This document shows, one piece after another, positions 22,041 through 33,983 of a stretch of 33,983 nt of DNA (positions are counted from its first letter, which is position 1; each line of letters opens with the position of its first letter). Below the pieces are notes generated by a model. The model saw only the letters and a program-made list of their open reading frames with translations, was not told where the DNA came from and did no database searches. Both the position numbers and the translations under genes were made by a program. Origin of the DNA: Octopus sinensis (Eukaryota); NCBI RefSeq assembly GCF_006345805.1, contig NW_021831939.1, positions 1 to 33,983 on the forward strand, given 5' to 3'.

Positions 22041-22636
22041 TATTTGCATTTTTTGATAGTTTTCTTGTATATCATTCAGTCGAATCACAACCGGGCATGG
22101 TAAAACATAGTTTTGCTGTTGTCATTTTCAAATTTTCACTAAAATTGGAAATTTTTTTTAAAATTTGCAAATTTAACGGAGTCTAGTGTTCATGACTTAA
22201 TAAGATTATATTTTGAATTACAATAAACGTTTTTAGGCACCTTATAATGAAAAAGTGATGATGCTGATAAATGAGTCTTGCTTAAAAAGGATCCGAAACA
22301 ACAACCACTTAGTTCATATTTTGTTTTTATAAAAACTTAAACTATTTAAAATTGATTGCTGTATTAATTTATTCCTTTCGGTTTGAATCATTCCTTAGCT
22401 TTTTAACTGCAATCTTTTGTTAACCATCACGAATCTGATCTTTACTTTAGGGTTTTCTTTGGCACAATAAATTTTTTTCTACCTCGACCATCTTTAGCAT
22501 TTCCCGAGAAGTGATTCAAAATTTCTCTTCTCTAAAACTAACTAAGAAAAACAATCTTTTTCTTATATATAACAGAAAGCAATTCACTTCTACGCCGATA
22601 AAACACACATGCCATGAAAAGTAGAGAAATCACATA

Positions 22637-24124
22637 CAGTAAAACCTCTGGTGCTCGCCATTTTCGGGACCGAAGAAAAAATGGCGAGGAATAGAATTTG
22701 GCGAGCAATGGAAATAATCAATAAATTTTTTGACTTTGAAATTTTGAAAACATCTCGATTTTCGATACTTTCCGATCATATTCATGATTAATAAAATCAT
22801 CTTTATCCACCGAATCCAAGATTTTCAAGATATTTACCATTTGATCATAATTATCAATTTCAACAGTTGGTCTTTCGAGTTGATTTTCACATTCGATCCA
22901 TTTTGAATGTCCGAAAAATTTGTAATTGTTTTGGTCTTTACTTTTTCCAGGCAAAATATGTCAAAAGAAGACCGTCTTTTAAGGTTAATTTTTTATGATT
23001 TTCTTTTTAAGGTTAATTTTTTATGAGCTTCCAGTGGATTTTCTCCATTTTCAACTTTTTCTAACATAAACTCAAATTTAAGTTTATTAAAATGTCCTTT
23101 GAAGGATCTAATGATTCCTTGATCCATTGGTTGTAGAATTGTTGTAGTCTTCGAAGGTAGGTAAACTTCAATTGACTTTAAATCAGCGTAAAGTTTATGG
23201 GATGGGCATCGATCCACAGCTAAAAGAATTTTTCGTTTTTTTAGATGCCTATCCCATGTAAAAAGCCATTTGTTAAAAATTTTATTTGTCATCCATGCTT
23301 TTGGTGAATGACAGTAAGGATTTTATGTCCATATCGAACCTTCTGACAAACACTTTTTGAAGGGATAGATTTGTAAAAAATCCCAGTTTCATCAGCGTTA
23401 TAAATGTTTTCAGCATTATATTGTTGAATCTTTGCAGAGATCAAAGAAGTAAATGCATCAATTTCTTGCTTCTGATCAACTGCAGTAGATCCTGATTCTC
23501 CATGTAAAGTACTCAATGTTAGGTTGTTCCATATCTTGAACTCACTTAGCCATCCATCGCTGGCTTTAAACTCTTTAATTCCATAAATATTTGCAATGTT
23601 CTTTGCTTTCAACAAAATTGAATTATCGTCCAGAAACCCCCCTCTAAGCTCAATGCATTACATCTAAGTTAATATTTCGGTGTCAATAACAGAATAAGTT
23701 GAGTTAGATAATCTCTTCTTATTGGAGAAAATAGGATCAGTAGACATTATTTTCTCTTTTCCAAATCTTAAATCGTTCAAAGCCCTTCGAGATATTTTTT
23801 TCTTCAAAACAAAAGAAAAAATGTAAGCTATAAGGTCCATCGTGAGACTTTTGTTCTCCTCCATGCACGCAATAATGCGACGTTTTTCATTAAAAGACAA
23901 TCCTGTGCACTTACGCATGTTGAATTTAGCGTGGTTGAAATATTTTATATAAAAAATAGTTTAACCAAAAAAAATATTTTTAAAAATTAATGGCGAGATT
24001 TAGAAAATGGCGAGCAATAGAATATTTATCAAAATTTACTAGAAATTTTTAATTTTTTGAAAAATATGTGGCGAGCAATAGAGGTGGCGAGTAACAGAGG
24101 TGGCGAGCACCAGAGGTTTTACTG
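22637..24124 (-). mobile_element. Tigger/pogo element (second family), deleted and frameshifted transposase
   Basis: Perfect 24-bp TIRs CAGTAAAACCTCTGGTGCTCGCCA with TA flanks. Motifs FKASDGWL, LHGESGS, YNADETGIFYK, QPMDQGII. Confidence 0.95.
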
Positions 24125-25043
24125 TAGTTAATTATTTTAGGCAAAAAATAAAAATTACACCCTTTAAATAGAAAAAAGTTAAAAAATTACTTTATAACTG
24201 ACAAACAAATGGGAATGTTACCTACAATGTAATCTATTACAGAAAAGTAAAATGTTGGTGTGAAAATTTTGTTTACAAATTTTTATTGGCTTTGCTATTC
24301 GCGAGGCTAGCCGAGCGTCTCATGAGAATATTAGGTAATTTATAACTTGCTTGTTTGCATTTGCGTTTTTTAACAAAAAAATTCTTGTTTATCACATTTA
24401 ATAGTTTTATTCGAACAAATTAAGAAACTCACACTTTTTATTGTTTGCGCACACATAAAACATAATGGAAAGCCACTTGACACTAATATAATTATTAATC
24501 ATATTAAAATCAATTATATCCATTATTATCTTAAATCAAATTAAAAAAAGAACAGCAAAATAATTAGCACAAATGCGGTTATTCGTAATTAATAAACGAA
24601 ATTCATTAACGAGAGAGAGCTCACTGTGCGTGTGAAACCACAAAAACATAAAATAGATATTGAATTAATGACATTATTTTGTACATTACTCACCTTTTTG
24701 GAATAAATCAGATTTTTGAGAATAAACTGAAATTTTAGATAAACTAAATTTTACGTATTGATGCGTTTTGAGTTTTTTTGATAGCCAGAAAATACACGAC
24801 CGTTATACTAAAATATCTTAAAACAGAAGCCGAATAACCAACCTGATCTTTGATTAAACTAAACATTGTTTTGCCACGTGCCATTTAACAAACATCAAAT
24901 TTGATTGATGGCAATCATGCCTAAAATAATCTATCGATTCAGTCACAAAATCTAAACAAAACCGTGAAGGAAAATAAGCAAAAAAGCATTTAAATCCAGA
25001 AAAATAATTAACTTGGCATTATTTGGATTAGATGACGTATATG

Positions 25044-25711
25044 TTAAAAATGTTTCGGGTGTTTCGGGTTGTGGCCACGTTTCTTGTCAACAAACACAAA
25101 TTCATCAACACGACTGCTGTCATGCTCCACCAAATAATCTTCCGTATCACTGCCAGAGTACACAAAATTCGACGAAGAATTAGAAGACCCGGAATTGACA
25201 GGATTAGACGTAGGGGCATTACAAATCAACGAAGGGTCAGGAACTACTTTTTGACGACAAAAAACTTTCCGGATTCCCTCCAAACGAGCATCTTTGAGTT
25301 CCGCATTTATCTCGACAGTTCCTGATTTTAGCATTTCGGCTGAAATTTAGTAAAATAATCAACTTAGAGAATTTTCAGCTTTAAGTTTTTCTCTGAAGGT
25401 TGCTATTTTGCAATCAAACTTGAGTACCATTCCATTCAAAAAATAAATGTAGTCACGTGCTTTTTGAAGGATTTTGGCACGTGGAATCTTAGATTGAGTC
25501 GGATTAAGAATTTTACTCGTTCTCTGGATGAGGGAATGATATCTTTCAAGTCTTGAAAACAATTTTTTATATTTTTTCTGCGCTTTCTCTCAAGGGCATT
25601 GTGAATAGCACGACGAGACTGAAAGTTTATATATTGAATGATTTCATCATTTTTATTGACATCATCGGTGGACCTTCCTGAATTCAGAGAATGTAAATGA
25701 TTAAGTATCAT
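25044..25711 (-). CDS. MAX: Max-like bHLH-ZIP transcription factor, copy 2 (intact frame)
   Basis: QSRRAIHNALERKRRKNIKNCFQDLKDIIPSSRER / IPRAKILQKARDYIYFL joined by a 29-nt intron, then a second small intron before the C-terminal exon. Start codon uncertain. Confidence 0.82.
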
Positions 25712-26188
25712 ACAACTATAAGATGATTTCAAGTTTTAAAATAAATAATTATCAAGGGATCGATTAAAGCATGCAAACACGCATATACCTACGTTTGCTT
25801 GTTATGAAATTTCTTTTATTATTTTTTAAAACGTTTTAATAAAAATTATTCATAAATTATAATTACTATTAATCAAAAATTAATTTTACAGGATTTGGTT
25901 TTAAATCAAAAAGTTTTAATAAATATTTAATTGCAGCAGAGGATAAGATGGAATGGCAATTCCCAAGCAAGTAATCCACAAATAATCAATTTCATCAGCA
26001 GTTGCCAGATATTAATGATTTTGTCTTAGTAAATAAATTCTTCAAATTTGAATTCAACAAAAACTAAAAATGGCTACATCATTAAAATTGACGAATCCAG
26101 AATTACACAAACATTGTAATTGTCTAAAACAAAAATAAACATATGGTTTATTTAAATGTATAGAAAATGTAATCAAAAGATTTTTACA

Positions 26189-28600
26189 TCATTTCCCCAC
26201 CCTGCCTTTCACTTTGCGTTTACGGTAATCTTTTTTCTTAAAAATCTTGTCCTTTTTAGGCACTGCGTTTAACATCTCGTCAAACTAAAACATTAATAAA
26301 AATCGCAAACTTCCTCAGCGGTTTTGGTCATGTCCTGGAAATCACTTTCTAATGAATCACTGCAATCGTCGCTCAATGAAAAATCGGAAGAATCTGCCTC
26401 GACCTTCTGCTCTCCAACGAGCATATCAAAATCACTATCTTCCACAGCTTCGGTTTTAATATCCGTTTTAACACAATAAGAACACCCTCCCGACGAGTCT
26501 ACTCCAATCATGCGAAAAAAACTATAAAAATAATCATTTTTGTTTCACTGGTGTAAATATCGTTCATCCAAAGGAATCGATGATTGATGACTATTTATAA
26601 ACTGAACACTGTTCACAGGTAAGGCACGGATGCCTACACAATGACGAATTTTCTTCTGTGACATTATAACGCGACCTTCCTCTTCTACAAAAATATTTGA
26701 CAAAAAACTCATTGGACGAGGCTTTTTGAAAACAAAACGGTCAAGAAATCTAATTGAACTGAAATCTTGTAATGGATGTCCTTGATAGGAAATAGATTCC
26801 CGCTATTAAATATAAAAAAAGGAATACTTCGGTCAATGTTGTCGCAAAATATGAAATTGTGGGGTGAACGTGCGAAGAAAGTAGTTCCAACTCATTTCTA
26901 CAAACACAGAGAAAGCCCAAAGAAGCATCAACGCCACAAAAACGTGGATTTCGTTCTGTGGGATTGAAACGGTCCTCATTCTCTGAAGTGCCAGTAGTTT
27001 CGAAAAGAATCACGTGTATCTTTGATGTTATTTCAGAAATCATGATCAAAGATGCCGCCACAAAGGCAGGATTGTGATGTTGAAGACAAACTTGAAGCAA
27101 ACGTTTAATAAATGCCTAAATATTGTTAAAATTAATAAAATAACCAAAATCCTATTCATATCCTTGTCACCAGCCAACGCCTTATATAGCAAAGTAAGAA
27201 ACATTGCAGGCTTTGAACAGTCAAATAGACGCACATCAGCAAGACGAGTGTAAAGCGCAGAAAAAAAGCGATCAGTCACAGCTCTAAATTATAAAACCAC
27301 AAATGTTCACTCAATCGATATTGTAGATATGACATGAAGAATTTGAAGAACTCTTATAGAAGCAGAGAAAGAAAGAGAGTGAGAAAGCAAGTAGAGAGTG
27401 TCAATATTTTCATCAAACAGTGAATAATGTTCTCAATAATAAACAAATATAAACTTACTCTCTGCATAAGGAATAGCTCGATATATTGCATCAAGGAGTA
27501 CAGACATTGTCTTTGAATGTACAGTGTCATTTGGAATGAGAGTTTTGAAGTAAGAAAGGTATATTCCAATCAACAACCCTGCCAGACTAGATCCTGCATC
27601 GTCAGACGTAAAGATAAACTGTGACAAGCAACAAATAGCATAAAATCTAATAAATTCAATAAAATATTTACTGAGTTCGACTCGAAACATTTGGGCGGAA
27701 CAACACCATTTCTAACTGCTTTCCAATGACTTGATTACAATGAGGCATTCTCCGAACCAATGATTGAATATAAAAGAGAGCAGTCGATGCCAAATCCTTA
27801 TTCTGATCCCCCAATTTATTAACCAACAACTCGATGGGTTTCTTGCAAAATTAAAGAAAATAAAAACATGATTTTGTAATGAGCGACAAATGGCCAAACG
27901 AAATGTAAATTGAATGGATTTTTTCCTGATTGAGGGTATACTGTCTTCCATACTAGTCTTGAGAAGGTCACATAATTTCGCCAGATACAATATGAGGCGG
28001 TCCTCAAACCATAGGCACGTCAAATCAATTACAGATAGTTCATGTTTAAATGATTTAACAGCCTAATTAAATTTATTTTTAAATGCTGTTACTTGATCAA
28101 TGCTGATTAATTTCTTTCTCGGAAGTAAATATTTCGAAAAAAGTTCAACCAAACCTTCCAAGGCATGCACAGATTCTCTTCGAGAATGACGGCTTGAAAA
28201 CTCAAAAAGCACATTTATTGATTTCAAATGAAAAAGCGGCAATTCTTTAGTCAAAATAACGTGGGCGGAAATTTTATCTTTAAAAGCACCGTCTTTAATA
28301 ATTTTTCTCATCCAATTCAAACGAGAATCTTTTTTCGAATTTTGATCTGCAGTTAAAATTTTAGTTTCTCAACCTTTCTCAAATAAATCGACAATTTGAT
28401 TATAAACTAATTCAGCCTGTTTGACTTTACTTATTTTTTTATCTATGACAATTTTCTCCTTTAATTTAGTGACAATTTCTATGCAAGTGTCCATACAAGA
28501 TAATTCATCTTCGTCAATGTTTTCTTTAGGTTCTTCTTTTGAAAAATTTGCACGTTTTTTGCTGCAATTTATATAATGTTGAATACATGGAAAAAGACAT
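26189..28600 (-). CDS. CEBPZ: CCAAT/enhancer-binding protein zeta (Noc1/Mak21, CBF domain), full length
   Basis: ATG at 28600 (MSFSI/KKRANF..), WMRKIIKDGAFKDKISA, VNKLGD, DRFFSALY, FLDRFVFKKP, acidic then basic C-terminus, TGA at 26191-26189. Many mini-introns. Confidence 0.92.
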
Positions 28601-28719
28601 CACAAAACAAAATTAAAGTCACGTTATTAAAATTAAAAAATAGTATTTAAGATTTTAATAATAAAATTAAAATAATTAATTTATATTTTAAAAAATTCTA
28701 AGTGAAATTGAATAGATAG

Positions 28720-29240
28720 TGGTAAGAACTTCAAAACGGCACTCTCTTTTCTGAATTTCAGAATCAACTCTCTGAGGTGGTCCTTTGTTTCGGCCAGTAT
28801 GCGTTGAATCAACAGCATAGTGAAAATTATTGATGTTCATGCCTTCAATTTTCATCCCGACATTCGATACAGTATCCAATTTAGTCATGATCATTTCGGC
28901 ATCAATGTTGACTAAGACAGGAGATAATAAGCAACCGTTTCTTTCCCCTTTACATATTTTGAACGGGTCGGTGTTTTCGTACACTGTTCTAACAGTAGCT
29001 TCTTGGTTCTTATAAAGAGATTTGATAAGCACTATCAAATAGGCATCGAATCCAAATTCTTTCGAAGCAAACCACAGCTTGTCGTTTATAACGGAATCAA
29101 AAGCTTTCCGATAGTCAATGAAGCATATGTATACACTTTTTTGGGATTCTTAGGCTTTCTTCATAATCCATCAAACATTTGGTGCCCTGTACCTCGTCCC
29201 TTCTTTGATTCTGCTCGGAAATTCGGTAAAATCATTTTGG
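28720..29240 (-). mobile_element. Degenerate RTE-clade reverse transcriptase fragment
   Basis: KGRGT, VYICFIDYRKAFDSV, LIKSLYKNQEATVRT, KGERNGCLLSP, INNFHYAVD (decayed YADD). Confidence 0.85.
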
Positions 29241-29699
29241 CATTTGACATTAGGCGAACGCTGCGGGTTACCCTGGCGGACTTATAATAAAATCAAGAAA
29301 AAACTTGAAATTTTATTTTTCAAATTAATATACTTAACTTCAACCAGCTAGGTGTTTGAAATGACAAACCAATTTTGCAAAGGCCCCTCGGATGAAACAA
29401 ATGGACAAATTAGTATTGCTCGGAAAGTGATAGTACGTTGTTGGACAGTTTTCCCGAGAAGAGAAAAATTTCAGGAGACCAGAATCAATGAATTAGTTAA
29501 TTTCTCATTTTGAATTTAGTTGCTGTTAAATAATAATGGTATTTTGTAAAGCTTGATAACATTTTTTGGTAACAATTTTTCGCTTATCAACATCGTCATC
29601 TTGTGTCAAATTTACACCTTCGTCTTTTGTATTATTATCTTCAGCAAAATTATCTTTTTTACTTGAATTATATTTGAAGAAACTCGTCTTTTTCCATAT

Positions 29700-30060
29700 G
29701 ATCAAGTAAATTAACTATGGAAATAAAAGAAATTTTAAATTTATCAATTCTCAGCTAACGTTAAAGTTTGATTTGTTTCCAACATGCACCAGCTTGCATG
29801 TTTACTTTCTACTTCTAGAATGTCAGATAACTTTTTAGACAAGAACAGTGCTTTCAAAGTCCAATTGTTGAAGTGCAGTTGTTGCATTACCAGGTAAAAA
29901 ATAACTTCGATGGTCTTTAATTGAACATCTATTTTAAAAGCAGGACAATTATCAATAATTTTTTTCGAATTTTTTTCTATTTTGAAATCCGATTCTAAAA
30001 GCCAGTTGTTAAAAATTTCAATTGTCATCCAGGATTTCGAAAAATCGTAAATAACCCTGC
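29700..30060 (-). mobile_element. Old Tigger/pogo transposase remnant
   Basis: KSWMTIEIFNNWL..IIDNCPAF..LKTIEVIF; no TIRs found. Confidence 0.7.
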
Positions 30061-30425
30061 CGCAAAATGTAAACGACATGTAAACGACATGTCGCCTATC
30101 TCGTTTAGGCCGGCCACACTTTTTTTATAGTAGGATCAAGACAGAAAGAGAACATGTTACCAAGGAACTAACTAATCGAAACGAATTCATGTGTCTCTTC
30201 TGCTCTATCTTGTCTCTTCTTTTTTTGTTGTGTTGCCGATGAAGACATCCGGTTCCGCAGTGATAGCACTGATGAGGGCTTCACTTGTCAATCCTGGTGC
30301 ATATTGAATGCATGGAACCTTCAAACATTTTTATAATTGAAAAAAATGTAGGATCAAAACTCAAAATTGCTTTTTTCACGAAATAGTTCAAATTACTTTT
30401 CATTTATCAATCGATTTGTGTATGA

Positions 30426-31740
30426 CAGTGATTCTCAAGCTTCTTTACTCAGGGGCCGCAAATAATTTTTAACAATTATTTATTAACTAAATAACCAAAG
30501 TTAAGTTTAATTCTACTAGTTGAAATACGTAACAAATCACATAGATGAGTATCAGTCAATCTGCTGCGAAACTTTATTTTAATTCGGACAAGTTTACTAA
30601 ATGTTGATTCGCAAACATATGTTGATCCAAATATCGCTAAATTTTTCTTTGCATTATTGACTAGATTCGGTAATCAGTTCTCTGGAATTTTCGAATAAAA
30701 TTTTTATCACTACTTCAGAAACATTTTCCATTTTAATATTTTTGGAAATTAGGTTTTCCTGATGAATAATGCAATGATGCCATAATATTGGAGTCCAGTT
30801 ATTATCACACCTCCATAAGTCCACGAAAACCAGTTTTACTGCCAATCATATAAGGGGCTCCATCAGTTGAAATTGAAACTAATTTCCTTGGATCCAGTTG
30901 ATAATCTTCAATTAATTTCACAATTAGAGAAAAAATCTGTGTTCCTTTAGTTTCTCCGTGAAGTGAATACAATGAAAAAAATTCTTCATATATTCAAAAG
31001 TCAGATGTTACTCCCCTTACAAACACTACTAATTGTTCGATATCTGAAATATCTTTGGAACAATCACTCGCAAAAGAATAATATTGAAAATCTTTACAAA
31101 TTCTACAAATTACGAAACAATTTGCATACTGTGAAAGTTCGTTAATCAGATTATCTGATATATCACTGACTCTTCTAGTAACAGTATCGTTACTTAGAGG
31201 TAACTTGTGTGCAATATCAAAAACAGCGGGCGAACAACATTCCGATGCAAATATTTCGATTGCCGTTTTATATAATTCGCCATCAGAATAAGGCTTCATA
31301 TTTTTAGCCAATAGGTAACTAATTTTGTATGATGCCAGGTTAATATTAGACGAATATGTGCCACTTTTGAAAGTGAATGATCGCTTTAAATAATCTTCTT
31401 TCATTTGTATTAGTTTTTTCGTCCGAGAAACACAAGTGAATTTTTCATAAGCCGTTCGATTGTATACGTTTTTAGAGTTACAATAATAGAACTTCATATT
31501 AGGCAAAGAGCCTTTCCATTGACCTCAATAATGAAATATTTTTCTTCCCAGATATGTTGAAAAATCCTATTTTCCTCGGAAATTTTTCGACAACGTTTAG
31601 AATCCGACATCACAACAACAAATAAAAAAACGTGACAATTTTCATTCATAAAATTTAAAAATATTAAATTAAAAAATTAAATATTTAAAAAAACATAAGG
31701 CCCTCAATTAAATTCTAGGGGCCGCACTTGAGAATCACTG
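30426..31740 (-). mobile_element. hAT Buster/Charlie/SPIN-like element, internally deleted
   Basis: 14-bp TIRs CAGTGATTCTCAAG / CTTGAGAATCACTG and perfect 8-bp TSD GTGTATGA (30418-25, 31741-48; nnnTAnnn). Motifs KPYSDGE, LPLSNDTVTRR, DISDIEQLVVFVRG, HCIIHQENL. Confidence 0.95.
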
Positions 31741-32399
31741 GTGTATGAGAGAAGAAACCTCTTTTTTATAGTCCTCCAGATAACTTAGAATAATATTTCT
31801 CATTTTCCATCTCGAGCGTTTTGAGAAAAGGGGAGTGAGACTGTCTATCGTTAAAATGCTAACTTCTGATACCGGAGAAGCTCAATCGCTTGTCATCCAT
31901 TATAGTGAAACTATAATCAATTAAGTATGGTTGTTCTATCAGATATACAATTTTATTAAACGTCATTATTATTTTATCGTAATTCTCAATCCTTATATCT
32001 GTTTCTTGCGCTTGATTTTCATATGTAATGCATTTAGAATGCTTTGTTGAGTAACGCTTTACCATCCAAAATACCTCATTTAAATTCAGTTTTTTATGTG
32101 AATCGACAAAATGAGTTTTATACATGTCCAACTTTTTTGTCAATAGTTGAATATGTTAGATTGAATAAACGTTTTTTGCCTGAGAAAAGAGAATTACTAT
32201 TAAGTATTTTTTTCTCAAGCCTGAGATCATTGGTCGATCTTCATGAAATTTTTTTCTCAAAATTGAAGAAAAAACAGCGGCTATATGCTCCATTGTAATA
32301 TGTTTTTGTCATCGATGTAGACTATTATGCGTCTTTTTTATTAAACGTGAGTTTAATACACTTGGGCAAGTTGTAACAAAACAAAATTTTTTAATAATG

Positions 32400-32500
32400 A
32401 AAAATAGCGACAAGATTTAGAATTTGGCGAGGAATAGAGGTTTCTTTAAAAATTTTCAAATTTTTAAAAAACTGTAACAGGCAATACAGGTTTGACTGTA
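32400..32500. mobile_element. Isolated Tigger terminus related to the 22637-24124 family
   Basis: TGGCGAGGAATAGAGG and ..CAGGTTTGACTG-TA resemble the right end of 22637-24124. Confidence 0.45.
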
Positions 32501-32502
32501 TT

Positions 32503-33800
32503 TTGTTCGGCCACACATGCTGGAGCAGATTGCAAAGACTCTAAAATGAAAGAATGTGTCAACTTCGGTTTTTCGAGCTACTTGGCAAATTGTCAGGTCT
32601 ATGAAAAAACTAAAGAAGCTTTAAAGCTAAAAAAATGAGAAAATATTAGTGCAGAAACTGTTAAAGGGAGCTTCCGAAAATAGCAAATCAACCAAACGGA
32701 TATAAAAATGCAGCACTGAAGCCATAGACAGAATGGAACGTTCCAAAAGTGAGGAAAACAGCTGAAGTTAGAATACAGACAGAAAAAATGACTATATATC
32801 TCTTACTCAGCTGCGCAGGCTTTGTCAACTTCAAAAGCTAAGTCAATGACAAATCGATTTCAAGCTGATTTAATCAGTTCAAAAGGTCTATTAAAAGTGT
32901 GACCAGAACTTTTACTTGGTTTGGTGGCTTTCCTAAAAGAGGGAAGCAGCATTAAATAAATCAAATGTAATCAGGGTTATCCTGGTTAGTCACCTTCTTT
33001 AAAAGCGGGCAGCAGAGCTGACATCTCTTATCAGCACGGTTTATTAACGAGAAGAAAATGACGAAGTCTGGAAGTATCACTATTCCCGGTTACAGCTCAA
33101 TTAATATTCCTTGGTATCCTGATACTATCTTGTCTTAGCTGGCACAAAAACATCAATATTTTACAAAAAGTCTATTCATATTCGGAATCCAAGAATAATT
33201 GAACAAAATGTATGTGAATTAGCGTCCATTGGTTTAAAAACTCATAATAGATGGATAACCGTTGGACTTTTATACTCCAAAAGGCTGAAAACTATTTGAT
33301 TATCAAAAATTTTATGGAAGAAAATGAAAATCCAATTCGCGTTGGAGACTTAAATGCGAAGCTTACTGGATGTAGATTTGTGAAGTCAAATCAAAATGGA
33401 AACTGTTTATTTGAAATTGAAAAATTTTCAAATAACGTCTGAAAAGCTTAACCACTTTCAGCAGCAAAGTGGTGATTGATTAAGATTGTTTACTGATGCA
33501 AATGCCATTAATGGTTTGTATGACCGGACTTAAGTTGAAAATGATGTGGGGAATTACCATCTTTTATAAACAATAAAATTACGAACGGGGACAGTTCTTA
33601 CTGAGGATTTATTTTTGGTCATAACATCAACAATTTTTAAATGTTTATGAAATTAGCAAATACTCAAGAATTGAAAGTACTAGAAAAGTATAACAGAATT
33701 GTTTATTTTTCACATAAAAACGCGTTAATAAATTAAAAGAGTAAGAGAAAGAAAAAAAAGAACCAAACGAAATCAAGAAAACAAAAGAACCGAGTTTGTT
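32503..33800 (+). mobile_element. Heavily decayed APE-type LINE (ORF1 zinc knuckle plus endonuclease)
   Basis: CSATHAGADCKDSKMKECVN (gag-like knuckle) at ~32503; ITIPGYS; NPIRVGDLNAK..SNQNGNCL (APE GDxN motif) in ORF 33251-33442. Confidence 0.7.
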
Positions 33801-33824
33801 TGCTGAATGAGATATACTCTAATG

Positions 33825-33983
33825 CAGCGGTTCTCAACCGTGGTCCCCGGGGACCACTAGTGGTCCCCAGAAAATTTTTAGTGGTCCCCAGGAATTTTCG
33901 AAAAATAAAAATATATTAAAGTTAAAACTAATTGTACAATTAAGTATAAATCAAAAAACATTGAAATTTATCAAGCGGTTTTC
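33825..33983. mobile_element. Terminus of a hAT (Buster-type) element running off the window
   Basis: CAGCGGTTCTCAACC start, GTGGTCCCC subterminal repeats, preceded by CTCTAATG (nnnTAnnn target pattern). Confidence 0.7.

Larger units (their letters stand above)
15534..28190. repeat. Tandem segmental duplication, copy 2 (with three additional TE insertions)
   Basis: 15534 aligns to 7240 and 28178 aligns to 15523. Confidence 0.95.

Noticed and set aside
30067-30091. 11-bp tandem duplication ATGTAAACGAC as an excision footprint
   Set aside because: Its length matches no TSD of the element types seen here; likely slippage.
31859-32340. 94-aa and 84-aa ORFs
   Set aside because: No recognisable motifs; they lie among decayed TE fragments.

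Overview
AT-rich eukaryotic DNA with compact genes split by very small (about 20-35 nt) GT-AG introns and an animal-type gene set (adhesion GPCR with GPS motif, Max-like bHLH-ZIP). This fits a reduced parasitic metazoan such as a dicyemid, which is an inference. Host genes: WASHC3/CCDC53, mevalonate diphosphate decarboxylase (MVD), an adhesion GPCR, Max-like and CEBPZ/Noc1/Mak21. An ~8.3 kb block (7240-15533) is tandemly repeated (15534-28190), and the second copy carries three extra transposon insertions. The junction joins the 5' part of the adhesion GPCR (signal peptide, GAIN/GPS, TM1-3) in frame to most of CEBPZ. A 2-nt deletion next to the junction makes the join in frame, but one homopolymer indel upstream breaks the fusion as assembled. 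A GC-rich CRE-like retroelement shows a clear twin-priming 5' inversion. The rest is Tigger/pogo, hAT, R4/Dong-like, RTE and LINE remnants. All exon models were traced by eye.
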